In this document: piece by piece, positions 10,847 to 21,869 of the stretch
Position numbering within the stretch: position 1 is the first letter of the stretch
Layout of the letters: every line of letters begins with the position of its first letter
Assembly (NCBI GenBank): GCA_963849405.1
Contig: CAWKHG010000005.1
Location: 714,480-778,479 of the forward strand
Reading direction: 5' to 3'
DNA: 64,000 bases
From: an uncultured Chloroflexia bacterium
Lineage (GTDB): Bacteria > Chloroflexota > Limnocylindria > Limnocylindrales > CSP1-4
Program-made: the position numbers and the translations under genes
Notes under the pieces: generated by a model
Seen by the model: the letters and a program-made list of their open reading frames with translations, nothing else
Told to the model about the DNA's origin: nothing
The model's database searches: none

Positions 10847-11840
10847 CGCTTGCCTGCCGACGCAGGGGCGGGAGCCAACGCACCCGCAGGCGCTGCCACT
10901 GCCGCCGCGGCTGCGGCGGCTTCGGCGCCGTGGATCGCCGCCCCGATCGCGCCGGCCCAGATGCCCAGCTCGGCGGTGACGATCTCGACCTCGTCGAGGG
11001 ACGTCGTCCGGACCCGGCGGCGCAGCTCGTCGCGGATCGGGTCGAGCAGCAGGTCGGCGGCGGCCGCGACGCCGCCGCCGATGACGACCCGGTCCGGCGA
11101 GAGGACGGTGATCATGTTGCCGATGCCGATCCCGAGGTAGCGGCCGACGCGGGCCAGCCCGTCCGATGGCGCGCGCGTCGCCGGCGCGGGCCCGCGTCGA
11201 CGGCCTCTTCGACGGTGGCCGTCCCGCACGCCTCGGCGATCCGGTCGGCGCGGGCGAACGCCTCCAGGCAGCCGCGGTTCCCGCAGTTGCACGAGGGCCC
11301 GTCGGGGTCGATCGTCTGGTGGCCGAGCTCGCCGGCCGTGCCGTCATGTCCCAGGAACACGCGCCCATCGACGGCGATGACGCCGCCGACGCCGGTCCCG
11401 AGGGTCAAGCCGATCATGGAGCTGGCCCCGCGCCCGGCGCCCAGCCGCAGCTCGGCGAGCCCGAACGCCCGGGCGTCGTTGATCAGGTGCGTCGGCACCC
11501 CGAGCGCATCGGTGAGCGGAGCGGCACCGGGTGGCCGGCCCACGCGCCCGGGCAGGTTGACCAGGAAGCGCGTCGCACCGGTATCGGGTCGTACAGGCCG
11601 GGCACGCCGACCCCGACGGCTCTCGATGGGTCCCCACTGCGCGACGGCGGCCGCGGCCGACGTCCGCCAGCTGCCCGACGACCGCGGCCGGCACCGCCTC
11701 TGTATCGCTCGACACGCGGGTCGGGACCTGGTCGGTCGCGATGCGACTCCAGTCGTCGCCGGCGCGCTCCACCACGGCCCATTTGAGATTGGTGGCGCCA
11801 AGGTCGAGACCCAGGTGACGCGTGGCGGTCGCCGGATCAT
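10843..11840 (-). pseudogene. ROK-family sugar kinase, at least 6 frame changes
   Basis: GLDLGATNLKWAVV (upstream extension of the ORF 11344..11775 frame). GVGVPGLYDP (ORF 11483..11782). LINDARAFGLAE, GLTLGTGVGGVI, GELGHQTIDPDGPSCNCGNRGCLE (ORF 11112..11840). C-terminus IGGGV...AELGIWAGAIGAA (ORF 10843..11292). Confidence 0.85.
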
Positions 11841-11867
11841 CGGATCAGCGCCCGCTGCTCGCGGCGC

Positions 11868-12865
11868 TCATGACTCCGCGGTGACGCGGGTGTACGCGGC
11901 GGCGACGACCACGATGATCGCGCCGAAGAGGATCTGGCGGCTCGGCTCCGGGCAGTCCCAGGATCGTCAGCAGCGCGGTCAGCACCGTCAGGATCAGGGC
12001 CCCGACGATGGATCCCGCCGAAGCCGCCGCGCCCGCCGAGGATCGAGGTCCCGCCGATGACGGCCGCCGCCACGGACGGCAGCACGTAGCCGCTCGACGA
12101 GGGTGACGCTCGCGGTGTTCGTCAGGCCGGACACGATGAGCCCGGCGATGCCGGCGAGCAGCGCCGAGATCACGTACAGGACGAGCAGGACCTGCCAGGA
12201 GCGGGCGCCCGAGAGGCGCGCCGCGATCGGGTTGTCGCCGACCGCGTAGAGCAGCCGCCCGTAGCCGGTGCGCCGCAGGCCCAGGAGGATCACGAGCGCG
12301 ACCGGGACGAAGATGATCAGGCTGTTCGGCACCAGGTCGAACAGTGAGCACGGAGCCGACCGTGCGCAGCGAGTCCGGGACGCCGGCGCCGGTCTGGAGC
12401 GTCTGCAGCTGCCAGACGTTGGCCAGGCCCAGGACCACGAAGCTCATGCCCAGGGTCATGATCAGCGGGTGGACCCGGAACACGCCCACGCCGATGCCGG
12501 TCACGAGGCCGGCCAGGGCGGCGGCCGTCAGCGAGACCGCGATCGCGACCGGCACGCCGCCGGGCTCGTTGACCAGGGTCGCGGTCACGAAGCCGGCCAT
12601 GGAGGCGACCGCGCCGACCGACAGGTCGATGCCGCCGGTCAGCATCGTCAGCGTCTGGCAGCCGGCGAGGATCGCGAGCGGGATCGCCGCCCGCATGATC
12701 ACGGCGGCCCAGTGGCAGACCGACGATGCCGGGCTGGACGAGTGGCGATGATCAGGACGAGGAGCGCCAGCAGCCCGAGCAGCGGGACGATCGGCCGGTC
12801 GCGGAGCATGCGTGCGCCAGGCGGCCGGCCTGAGCCGGGAAGCGCGTCCGTGCTTCGACGGTCAT
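11868..12865 (-). pseudogene. sugar ABC transporter permease (RbsC/AraH type), at least 3 frame changes
   Basis: N-terminus MTVEARTRF.../MLRDRPIVPLLGLLALLVLII, then LTMLTGGIDLSVGAVASMAG (ORF 11845..12702). GYGRLLYAVGDNPIAARLSGA (ORF 11994..12332). VIGGTSILGGRGGF (ORF 11837..12085). Tail ...AAAYTRVTAES* found by my own translation. ATG 12865 overlaps the upstream stop (ATGA). Confidence 0.75.
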
Positions 12866-13797
12866 CGGCGCGCTCGCCGCATCTCGAACCAGCTGCCGAA
12901 CATGACCACGCGCGATGAGGATGATCCCCTGCGCGACGAGGGCAAGGTTCGTGTTCACGTCGAGGAACGTCAGGTCGGTCCGGATCAGCTGGAGCACCAC
13001 CACGGCGATGATCGGACCGAAGAGCGCCGCCCCGGCCGCCGGCCAGGCTCACCCCGCCCAGGACGACGGCCGCGACGCTGAGCAGCGTGTACGGCCCCGG
13101 TACCGGCGTCCCGATCCCGGTGCTCGCCGTCAGCGAGAGCCCGGCGATCGCGGAGAAGAGCCCGGTGAGGGCGTACGACGCGACCCGCGTCCGATCGACC
13201 GCCACGCCGCTGCGGAAGGCCGCCAGCCGGTTGCTGCCGATGGCATACAGGGACAGGCCGAGCTTCGAGCGAGCGAGCGGGCAGCCAGATCGACCGCCAC
13301 GATGACCAGCATGATCACGGTGGCCTTGGGTATCCATTCGTTGCCGAGCGGGCCCGACGACGAGATCCTTGAGCCACTCCGCCGCGCCACCGCCGGGCGC
13401 CGACCGGACGAGAGCGCGAACCCCGCCCACACGAACGACATCGCCAGCGTGACGACGATGTCGGGCACCTTGGTGGTGACGACGAGCACGCCGTTGACCG
13501 CCCCGAGCGACCAGCCCGAGCAGCAGCGCGCCGATCACGACGACGATCGCGAACTCTTCGCTCTGGCCCTTCATCAGCGTCGCGGACACGACGCTCGTGA
13601 GCGCCATCATCGAACCGATCGACAGGTCGATGCCGCCGGCGATGACGACCACCGCCTGGGCCACCGCGGCGAGCGCGAGCGGCAGCACCGACGATGCCGA
13701 GGCCCTGGACGCCGGCGACTCCGTAGCTCGGCTGGATGAACTTGGTGAAGAGGAACAGCACGACCAGGAGCCCGAGCAGCCCGAGACGTCCAGCCAT
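12862..13797 (-). pseudogene. sugar ABC transporter permease (RbsC/AraH type), at least 4 frame changes
   Basis: MAGRLGLLGLLVVLFLF (ORF 13315..13797). VVIAGGIDLSIGSMMALTSVV and LSLYAIGSNRLAAFRSGV...VVLGGVSLAGGRGG (ORF 12699..13688). VPDIVVTLAMSFVWAGFAL (ORF 13130..13489). Tail ...VVMFGSWFEMRRARR* by my own translation. A longer N-terminus starting at ATG 13906 is possible. Confidence 0.7.
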
Positions 13798-13869
13798 GCG
13801 CGGCGAGGCGCGTGATCCGATCGTGCTCGCGCCGGCGACCCTTGCGCGGCGACGCGTCGACCGCGGCGC

Positions 13870-15447
13870 TCACGGGGTCGCCGCTCGGGCGTGCCGCGGA
13901 CCGCATGGCGGCGCCAGCGGCCTCGGCCGCCGAATTCCTCGGGCAGTCTGCGCGCCCTTGCGCAGGTTGTACGCCGCCCGCAGCAGCGTCGCCTCGTCGG
14001 TCTCGGCCGCCGTCATCTCGTCGACCAGCTGGCCGCCGAAGATCACGATCACCCGATCGCAGACGAGCTGGATCTCCTTCAGCTCGGACGTGTAGAGGAG
14101 GACCGCGGCGCCGGCGTCGGCGAGGTCGCGGAGCAGCATGTAGATCTGGCTGCTTGGTGCCGATGTCGATGCCCGCGCGTCGGGTCGAAGCAGAGCATCG
14201 TCGCGCACGCCACCGGCCACCCAGCGGGCGATCGTCACCTTCTGCTGGTTGCCGCCGGAGAGGCGGCGCACCTCGCCGCCGGCGCGCGCGTCGATCTGGA
14301 GCGCGCTCGACGGCCGCGTCGACCGTGCGCGCTCCCGCGCGCAGGTTGATCGACGCCCCAGCTGCGGACGCGCGCCGTGAACGGCAGCGCGATGTTCTCG
14401 CGGACCGAGCGCTGCATGAGCAGCGCCTCGGCCCGGTCCGGCGCGACATAGACGACGCCGGCCCGGATCGCGTCGGCCGGGTGGCGGAAGACGACCGGGC
14501 TGCCGTCCACCTCGACGCTGCCGCTCGCGGGGCGATCCGAGCCGGCGAGGACGTCGAACAGCTCGTCCTGGCCCTGGCCCTCGAGCGCGACCACGCCGAG
14601 GACCTCGCCGGGGTACAGGTCGAACGAGACGTCGCGCAGCTTCGTGGCGTGGCTCAGCGCCCGCGCGCGAGAGTCGCGGCCCGGCGCGTCCGCCGGCCGC
14701 GCCTTCGTCGCCGGGCTCTTCGCGGGGCAGGTCGTGCACGAGCTGCCCGAGCATGAGCTCGACGATCCGCTCCTCGGAGCCGGCGGTCACGTCCACGACG
14801 CCGACCGTCGCGCCCTCGCGGAGGACCGTGGCCCGGTCGCAGACGGCGGCGATCTCGATCATGCGGTGCGAGATGAAGATGATCGACCGCGAGCCGCCGC
14901 GGTGGCGTGCCGACGACCTCGAGCACGCGCTCGGTGAGGTTCGCCGGCAGCGCCGCGGTCATCTCGTCGAGCATCAGCACGTCCGGCTCGATGGCCAGGG
15001 CGCGGGCGAGGTCGATGATCCGGAGCGAGGCCAGCGGCAGGCGCCGCGCCAGGCTCGACAGATCGATGTCCGGGAGGCCGAGCTCGGCCATCCAGTGGCG
15101 GAACGGCTCGACGGGTGTCTCGGTCAGGCGCAGGTTGTCGCGGATGTCCAGGTCCGGGATGAGCGGCCGGCTCCTGGTAGACGGAGACCAGGCCGCTCCG
15201 GCGCGCCTCGGCGGGCGAGTGCGCGATGCGCTCCCGGCCGCGGACCGCGATCGTGCCGCCGTCGGGGCGGACAGCGCCGGTGAGGATCTTGACGAGCGTG
15301 CTCTTGCCGGCGCCGTTGGCGCCCATGAGCGCATGGACTTCGCCCGGGCGGACGGCGAGCGAGGCCGACTTCAGGGCGACGACCGCGCCGTACGTCTTGG
15401 AGACGCCGGTCGCCTCGAGCAGGAAGTCGGTGGCGACGGGCGGTCAT
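13870..15447 (-). pseudogene. sugar ABC transporter ATP-binding protein (two NBDs, RbsA/MglA type), many frame changes
   Basis: Walker A GANGAGKST (ORF 14859..15326). LDEMTAALP (ORF 14654..15334). Second NBD VVALEGQGQDELF (ORF 14235..14594). Signature LSGGNQQK and LLYTSELKEI (ORF 13870..14862). Both ends are approximate. Confidence 0.75.
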
Positions 15448-15505
15448 CGGGTCCCTTTGCAGGGTGGGTGTCGTGCGGGCGACGGCCGGAGCCGGCATCG
15501 CCGCA

Positions 15506-16651
15506 TCAGATCGGCTCGAGGCGGTACGCGCCCTTGCAGGCCGCAGGGACGGTGTTCGGGTCGTAGGTCGTCCAGCCGTCGATCGACAGGCTGAGCGGCC
15601 ACAGCGGGTCCATGCCCGGGACCGACTGCCAGGCCTGGAGGTGCGCCTTGCCCGCGTCGGTCAGTGTTGTCGACGAGCACCGGATCGAGCAGGACGGTGT
15701 TCGGCCGGCCGGCGCCGGGCGACGGGCGACGGTCTCGCCCGTTGAGGAGCTTGAGCGCGAGGTTGACGCCGGCGCCGCCGACGGCGGCGGTGTTGGTCAC
15801 GGCCGCGCCCTTCAGGCCCGGGAAGTCCGGTCGGATCGAGGAGCTGGGTGACGAAGCCACCGACGTCGGCATCGGCGATCGGCACGAACGGCTTCTTGGC
15901 CGGCCTTGATCGCGTCGATGATCTGCTTGCCCATGCCGGACGCCCAGATGCCCTGGATCTTGTCGTACTGACCGCTGGCGATGAAGTCATTGGTGAGGCT
16001 GCGTCGCGGTCGCCGGATCCCAGCCCGTGAACACGCCGCCCGCGTTCGGGACGACCTTGATGTTCGGGTACTTCTTGAGCGACGTTCTTGAAGCCGATGT
16101 CGCGGTCGGAGTCGGCCGGGTGGCCGGCGATGCCGCGCGTGTACCAGACCGTGCCCGTGCCGCCGAGCTGCTCGAACAGCCAGCTTGGCGCCGAGCTCGG
16201 CGTACTTGATCTGGTTGTTGTACAGGTTCCAGGTGTTCGGGTCGGTGACGTAGGCGTCGACCGAGACCGTCTTGATGCCCTGGCGTGCGGCCTCTGCCGA
16301 GCGCCGGGTTGAGCGCGTCGGGATCGTTCGGGTTGAAGACGATCGCGTTGACGCCCTTGGCGATCAGGTCGCGGATGTCGGCCAGCTGGCCGGCCGCGTC
16401 CGTGTTGCGGTGGATGATGGTCAGGTCTGGTGACCTTGGCACCGTGGACGCCTTGGCCTGCGGCCTTGGCGGTGCAGACCTGCTCCTCGCGGAAGCCGTT
16501 GCCGACGCCGCCACCGTTCGAGTATCCGATCTTGAATGGCCCGGTCGCCGGGCCCTTCGTGCGCCGTGGCGGCTGAGCACGCCGCACGCGGCGACCAGCG
16601 ATCGTGGCCAGCAGCGCGAGCGTGCGCAGGAACTCCGGATCGTTTCTTCAT
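15506..16651 (-). pseudogene. sugar ABC transporter substrate-binding protein, many frame changes
   Basis: Strong SD (GAGGAGGAG) before ATG 16651 (MKKRS...). GPFKIGYSNGGGVGNGFREEQ and WLFEQLGGTGTVWYTRGIAGHPADSDR, KPFVPIADADVGGFVTQLL (ORF 15661..16587). GVNAIVFNPNDPDALNPAL, KKYPNIKVVPNAGGVFTGWDP (ORF 15987..16580). GAAVTNTAAVGGAGVNLALKLLNG (ORF 15444..15872). Confidence 0.75.
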
Positions 16652-16734
16652 GAGACCTCGACTCCTCCTCTGGTCGGCCGACGGGTTCGAGTCACGTTGT
16701 CGGCCAGAGCCTGTATGACATGGCTGCGCGGGTT

Positions 16735-17557
16735 CTAAGCGCTTGCTCTCCCACCTCCTTGCTGGTCGATCGCGCGGGCGAGCCGCCGCGCATGCTCTCG
16801 ATATGCCTCGTCGAACAGGGCCCTGGATCGCGTCGCGCCCACCACGCTCGCGCGGGTGATGACCGGGGGCATGGCCCCGCGCGCCACGAGGAGCTCGGCG
16901 GTCCGGACCTTGATGGCGTTGACGATGGCGACGGCGCCGATGGTAGACCCGGGGCCAACCGGTGTGTCGAGCGAATCGATGGTCACGAGCGCGTCGGCGG
17001 CCGGCGTGCAGACGTCGAGCACGAGGTCCGCGACCTCCAGCAGCCGTGCGCCGGCCGCGGGCTCGGGTTCCGCGGACATCGACTGGGCGACGGACGTGAC
17101 GGCGATCACCCGCAGGCCACGTGCCTTCGCTCCACGCGCCATCTCGACCGGCAGCGCCGTCAGGCCGCTCGCCGAGAACACCATCATCACGTCGTGGGGC
17201 GCCGAAGCGTGAAGTTCGACAGGATGACCTCCGCCAGCCCGGGCATCCGCTCGATGAACATCGCCTGGCGCTGGCCGTTCGCGCCCACGACCTGGGTGTG
17301 GAACGTGACCGAGAGCTCCACGATCGGGTTGAAGCCGGGGTAGGAGCCGTAGCGCGGGAACATCTCCTCGACCGGGATGCGCGAGTGGCCCGCGCCGAAG
17401 AGGTGGACGAGCCCGTCGCTCCCGATCGCCTCGGCACACCAGCGCGCTGGCCGTCTCGATCGCCGTCGGCCTGCGTCGCGGCGAGGCGCTCGAGGAGGGC
17501 GACGCCCTCGCGCAGCCAGGTCGCGGCACCCGACGCGGGCGCGCTCGCGTCGACCAT
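16735..17557 (-). pseudogene. SIS-domain sugar isomerase-like protein (UPF0309-like), at least 2-3 frame changes
   Basis: [25 protein letters not shown] (ORF 16421..17662 frame). [32 protein letters not shown] (ORF 17187..17753). [33 protein letters not shown]... (ORF 16735..17529). Confidence 0.75.
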
Positions 17558-18298
17558 CAGTAGCCGCCGTCCGGCGGCGGCGGCGATCGGCGTCCGGCCG
17601 GCCTTGCGGGCGCGGAACTCGTCGATGATCGACTCCGTGGCGGTCGCGCCGATGCGCGTCACGCCCGAGGTCCATGACCGCGAGCAGCGCGTCCAGGGTG
17701 CGGACGCCGCCGGCGGCCTTGACCTGGATGTGGGGCGAGGTGTTGGCGCGCATCAGCCGCAGGTCGTCGTGGGTGGCGCCGGTCGGCGCGAACCCGGTGC
17801 TCGTCTTGACGAAGTCGGCCGCCCGCGCTCTCGGTCAGGTGGCAGGCGCGGATCTTCTCGTCGTCGGTCAGGTAGGCGTTCTCGAAGATCACCTTGACGA
17901 TGGCGCCCGGCGGCGTGGCCCACCTCGACGACGGCCGCGGATGTCCGCCTCCACGTCGGCGTCACGGCCGGACTTGAGCGCCGCCGATCTGGATGCACCA
18001 TGTCCAGCTCGGTCGCGCCGTCGGCGAGGGCCCGCTGCGCCTCGAACACCTTGGTCTCGGTCGCGTGGTTGCCGTGCGGGAAGCCGATCGTGGTGCCGAC
18101 GGCGACGTCGGTCCCCTCGAGGATCGCCCTCGCTCGCCGGACGTCGGCCGGCCGCACGCACACCGACGCGACGTCGTACTTCGCGGCCAGCCGGCAGCCG
18201 TCCTCGACGAACGCGTCGTCGAGCTCCGGGCGCAGGAGCGAGTGGTCGATCGTCTTGGCGATGTCGCGTTCGGTCAGGCTGTCGATGGCGGGTGACAT
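17557..18298 (-). pseudogene. deoC: deoxyribose-phosphate aldolase, about 6 frame changes in about 740 bp
   Basis: AKTIDHSLLRPE, VASVCVRP, VGTTIGFPHGNH (ORF 17753..18298). IFENAYLTDDEKIRAC (ORF 17659..17892). [10 protein letters not shown] with the Schiff-base Lys (my own translation). [14 protein letters not shown] (ORF 17187..17753). [11 protein letters not shown] (ORF 16421..17662). A ...DGGY* stop overlaps the next ATG. Confidence 0.85.
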
Positions 18299-18319
18299 CA
18301 GTGGTCCTGGTAGCGGGGC

Positions 18320-19236
18320 TTAGTGGCAGTACGGGCGGAGGACGTCGCGGGCGATGAGGAAGCCCTGCTTGACCTTCTCGTCGCTGCCCTCGAAGCGGCG
18401 GTCCTCGTGCTCGATGATGCATTCGCCCTCGTACCCGGCCCGGTAGAGCTCGGAGAAGACGACCGACCAGTCGACCTCGCCGAGGCCGGGGATCCGGGGG
18501 ATCTGCCAGCCGATGCCCATCGAGAACACGCCGCGCTCGTAGAGCCCGTCGCGGTCGATCATCAGGTCCTTGGCCTGGTAGTGGAGGACGTGCGGGCCGA
18601 ACTCCTTGAGGAACCGGCGGATGTCGATCATCTGGAGGATGAGGTGGCTCGGGTCGAAGTTGAGCCCGATCGTGCCGCCCCACTGCTCCAGGATCCGGCG
18701 CCACATCCGGGGGCTGGTGGCGATGTTGTGGCCGCCCGGCCACTCGTCGTACGAGAACAGCATCGGGCAGTTCTCGAGCGTGATCTTGCGGCCGTGGTCG
18801 TTGGCGAACGAGACGATGTCCGGCCAGACCCGCAGCGCCTCCTCCCAGTTCTGGTCCTGGTTGAGGGCGCCGTCGCCGCCCATGAACGTGTTGACGAGCG
18901 GCGACGTCCATCAGCTCGGCGGCCCGGATCACGTGCTTCAGGTGGCCGATGACCTGCTCGCGGTGGGCCGGGTCGGGGTGGAGCGGGTTCGGGTAGAAGC
19001 CGAGGCCCGAGATCGAGAGGCCCTTCGCGCTCAGCTCGCCCACGATCTCCGTGGCCTGGCCGGGCGGTCAGGTTCGCCACGTCGATGTGGCTCGTCCCGG
19101 CGTAGCGGCGGGTCGGGCCGGTGGTCCGCGGCCAGCAGGCGATCTCGAGGACCTCGAAGCCGCTCGCCGCCGTCCAGTCGGCGACCTCCATGAGCGTCGT
19201 GTCGGGGAACGGGGCGGTCAGCAGGCCGAGCTTCAT
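18320..19236 (-). pseudogene. xylose-isomerase-like TIM-barrel sugar (phosphate) isomerase/epimerase, 2 frame changes
   Basis: MKLGLLTAPFPDTTLMEVADWTAASGFEVLEIACW (ORF 18628..19578 frame). LSISGLGFYPNPLHPD (ORF 17889..19043). ITLENCPMLF...GLNFDPSHL...HYQAKD...IIEHED (ORF 18320..18883). ATG 19236 overlaps the upstream stop (ATGA). Confidence 0.85.
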
Positions 19237-20450
19237 CGCGGAGCACCCTCCAGGGCTGGGCGGACCGACAACGGGGCGGGCGCGGAGGCGGCGGGTTCGC
19301 GCGCGACGTCGACCCAGCGGGCGAGCCGGGCGCTGTCGGCGATCGCGTCGTTGACGAGCATCTCGTCGTGCCCGTCGGCGAACGTCGCATACGGCGGCCG
19401 GACGGCCGGCTGGCCGGCCGCGATGTCGGCGTAGATCGCCCGGAACAGGGCGCCGAACGTGTCGCCGAACCCTTCGACGTGACCACCGGGCAGGGCGGCC
19501 GCGGCCTTGCCGGCCGGCCCCATGAGCGCGGGATTGCGCAACAGGAGCTCGTTGGGGCGGTCGCGGTGGCCGATCCACAGCTCCTCCGGGCGCTCGGAGT
19601 CCCAGGCGGCGGCCGCCTCGGAGCCGTCGATCTCGTAGCGCAGCGAGTTCTTGCGCCCGGCGCTGATCTGGGAGACCGCGAGCGATCCGCGCGCGCCGTT
19701 GGCGAAGCGCAGCAGGATCGTCGCCACGTCCTCCGTGCTCATCGGGCGGGTCACGGTGTCCTTCGCCCGCTCGGTGGCGAACGTCTCGACCGGACCCTGG
19801 GGCTCCTGCCGGGCGCCGACGAACGTGGCCAGGTCCGCCATGACCGCCACGACCGGCTGACCGGTGATGAACGACGTCAGGTCGAGCCAGTGCGAGCCGA
19901 TGTCGCCGACGGCTCGCAGCGAGCCACCCTTGTCCGGCTCGAGCCGCCAGTTCCAGTCCGTGTCGTGGAGGAGCCAGTCCTGGAAGTAGTGGCCGGTCAC
20001 GAACCGGACGTCGCCCAGCGCGCCGCCGGCCACCTCCTCGCGGAGGTGCTGGTTCAGCGGGTAGAACCGGATGTTGAAGTTGACCGCGTTCACGCGACCC
20101 GACCGGGCCGCCGCCTCCACGAGCGTCGCGGACTCCGCCGCGGTCATCGCCAGGGGCTTCTCACAGACGACGTGCTTGCCGGCGGCGAGGACGGCACTGG
20201 CCTGGGCGACGTGGAGGTTGTTCGGCGAGGTGACGTGGACGACGTCGACCTCGGGATCGGCCAGCAGGGCCTCGAACGAGGGATACGCCTTCGCGACACC
20301 GAGCTGGGTCGCCCGCGCCGCGCCGCGCTCCGCGCTGCTGCCGAGCACGCCAAGGACCTGGACCCCGATGCGCCGCAGCGCCTCGACGTGGACCGTGCCG
20401 ATGAAGCCCGTGCCGATGACGGCTGCCCTGATGTCGGCGACCCTGGTCAA
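19233..20450 (-). CDS. Gfo/Idh/MocA-family oxidoreductase
   Basis: Intact ORF 19233..20450 (TTG start). Rossmann AAVIGTGFIGTVHVEAL, HVVCEKPLAM. Confidence 0.9.
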   Translation of the reverse strand: MTRVADIRAAVIGTGFIGTVHVEALRRIGVQVLGVLGSSAERGAARATQLGVAKAYPSFEALLADPEVDVVHVTSPNNLHVAQASAVLAAGKHVVCEKPLAMTAAESATLVEAAARSGRVNAVNFNIRFYPLNQHLREEVAGGALGDVRFVTGHYFQDWLLHDTDWNWRLEPDKGGSLRAVGDIGSHWLDLTSFITGQPVVAVMADLATFVGARQEPQGPVETFATERAKDTVTRPMSTEDVATILLRFANGARGSLAVSQISAGRKNSLRYEIDGSEAAAAWDSERPEELWIGHRDRPNELLLRNPALMGPAGKAAAALPGGHVEGFGDTFGALFRAIYADIAAGQPAVRPPYATFADGHDEMLVNDAIADSARLARWVDVAREPAASAPAPLSVRPALEGAPR

Positions 20451-20482
20451 TGGCCCCTCATCCCTCGAACCGCCCCGGCATG

Positions 20483-20497
20483 TCTAGATCGTCTAGA
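20483..20497. promoter_or_regulatory. candidate operator TCTAGA-tcg-TCTAGA (tandem GTCTAGAT), DasR/NagR dre-like core
   Basis: catGTCTAGATCGTCTAGATGG. It is the only TCTAGA pair I noticed in the window. It lies 33 bp upstream of the 20450 start and just downstream of the promoter candidate 20513-20541. Confidence 0.4.
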
Positions 20498-20512
20498 TGG
20501 CCTGGGGAGGCG

Positions 20513-20541
20513 ATGCTATGGGTCCCCGTCGGTGGGGTCAA
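20513..20541 (-). promoter_or_regulatory. candidate sigma70-type promoter TTGACC-N17-TAGCAT for the 20450->16735 gene set
   Basis: Minus strand reads ...gcaccTTGACCccaccgacggggacccaTAGCATcgcc...; -35 = 20541-20536, -10 = 20518-20513. Confidence 0.4.
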
Positions 20542-20628
20542 GGTGCAAAACGCGCGGGCGCGATGCCCGGGCGACGGCCCTCCCCGACCGTCTGCCGCGA
20601 TCCTACCGTGTCACGTAAGCCCGCCCGC

Positions 20629-21825
20629 TCAGCCGGCGACGACGCGGTCCGTGAAGTCGCCCGACGCGGGGTCCTTGAGGATGAGCTTGTGGCGGCCGTC
20701 GGGCAGGATCTCGCGCTTGATGACCACCTGGCCCTCGTACGTCTCGGGCGTCGTGGACATGCGGGGCGTCGAGCCGCCGCGCCAGTCGAGCTCGATCGGC
20801 TCCCAGGCGTGCTTCGTGGCCGAGCGATAGCAGGCGTCCATGATCGCGTTGACCACGTAGCCGTCGTAGAACGTCTCGGTCGGGGTGTCGCCCAGGTCGA
20901 TCGAGCGGAACATGTCGCTGAACATGTCCACGTAGCCGAGCTCGGAGACCTCGTCGCCGACCGGGAACATCCAGCCCGAGGCGCTCTCCTGCTTCTCGGC
21001 GACGTAGCCGCCCCCGCCGCCGGTCGTGAACATCTCGAAGCCGGTGCGCAGGAAGTGGTTGAGCCAGACGGTCCCGTGGGTCCCGGCCACCTCGTCGCGC
21101 AGGTCCATGCCGCCCCGGAACGTCCAGCTCACCTCGAACTGGCCCATCGCTCCGGACTCGAACCTGATGAGCGCGATCGCGTTGTCCTCGTCGGCGATCG
21201 GGTGGACGAGCGTGTCGGTGTGGCAGAGCACCTCCACGGGGCGGACGCCCTTGCCGATGAAGCTGCGGATGATCTCGATGCAGTGGCAGCCCAGGTCGAT
21301 GATCGCCCCGCCGCCGGTCAGGCGGCCGTCCCAGAACCAGGCCGAATGGGGTCCCGGATGGGTCTCCCGCGACCGGACCCAGGTCACGTCGCCGATCGAA
21401 CCGTCCCGGACCGAGCGGATGGCCTTGAGCGTCTTCGGCGTGTAGCAGAGGTCCTCGAGGTAGCCGCCGAAGACGCCCGCCCTCTCGACCGTCTCGAGCA
21501 TCCGCTTCGCCTCCGCCGCGGTCCGGCCCAGCGGCTTCGTGCACAGGATGGCCTTGCCGGCCGCGGCCGCCAGGCCCACCGCCTCCTCGTGGAGGTGGTT
21601 GGGCAGGCCGACGATCACGACGCCGGTCGCCGGGTGCTCGATGGCCGCCTTCAGGTCGGTCGTGTGCTCGGGGATGTCCCAGCGCTGGCTGAACGCCGCG
21701 GCGCGCTCGTCGCTCCGCGAATAGACCACGTGCACGCGGTCGCGGCTGCGCTGGCCGTGCAGGGTGCTCGTGTAGAAGTCGCCGATCAGGCCCGTACCGA
21801 GCAGCGTGATCGCGTGGCCATCCAT
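20629..21825 (-). CDS. Gfo/Idh/MocA-family oxidoreductase
   Basis: Intact ORF 20629..21825 with a perfect SD (GAGGAGG) before the [26 protein letters not shown], long C-terminal alpha/beta domain. Confidence 0.9.
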   Translation of the reverse strand: MDGHAITLLGTGLIGDFYTSTLHGQRSRDRVHVVYSRSDERAAAFSQRWDIPEHTTDLKAAIEHPATGVVIVGLPNHLHEEAVGLAAAAGKAILCTKPLGRTAAEAKRMLETVERAGVFGGYLEDLCYTPKTLKAIRSVRDGSIGDVTWVRSRETHPGPHSAWFWDGRLTGGGAIIDLGCHCIEIIRSFIGKGVRPVEVLCHTDTLVHPIADEDNAIALIRFESGAMGQFEVSWTFRGGMDLRDEVAGTHGTVWLNHFLRTGFEMFTTGGGGGYVAEKQESASGWMFPVGDEVSELGYVDMFSDMFRSIDLGDTPTETFYDGYVVNAIMDACYRSATKHAWEPIELDWRGGSTPRMSTTPETYEGQVVIKREILPDGRHKLILKDPASGDFTDRVVAG

Positions 21826-21869
21826 GGTGCCTCCTCGATCCTTCCTGGTGTCCGCTCCCTCCGGGTGGT

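Noticed and set aside
16673-16682. Perfect 10-bp palindrome GTCGGCCGAC in the leader of the substrate-binding-protein gene, considered as a second HutC operator.
   Set aside because: Short GC palindromes are expected by chance at this base composition, and it shares only GTC/GAC with the TCTAGA sites. There is not enough support.
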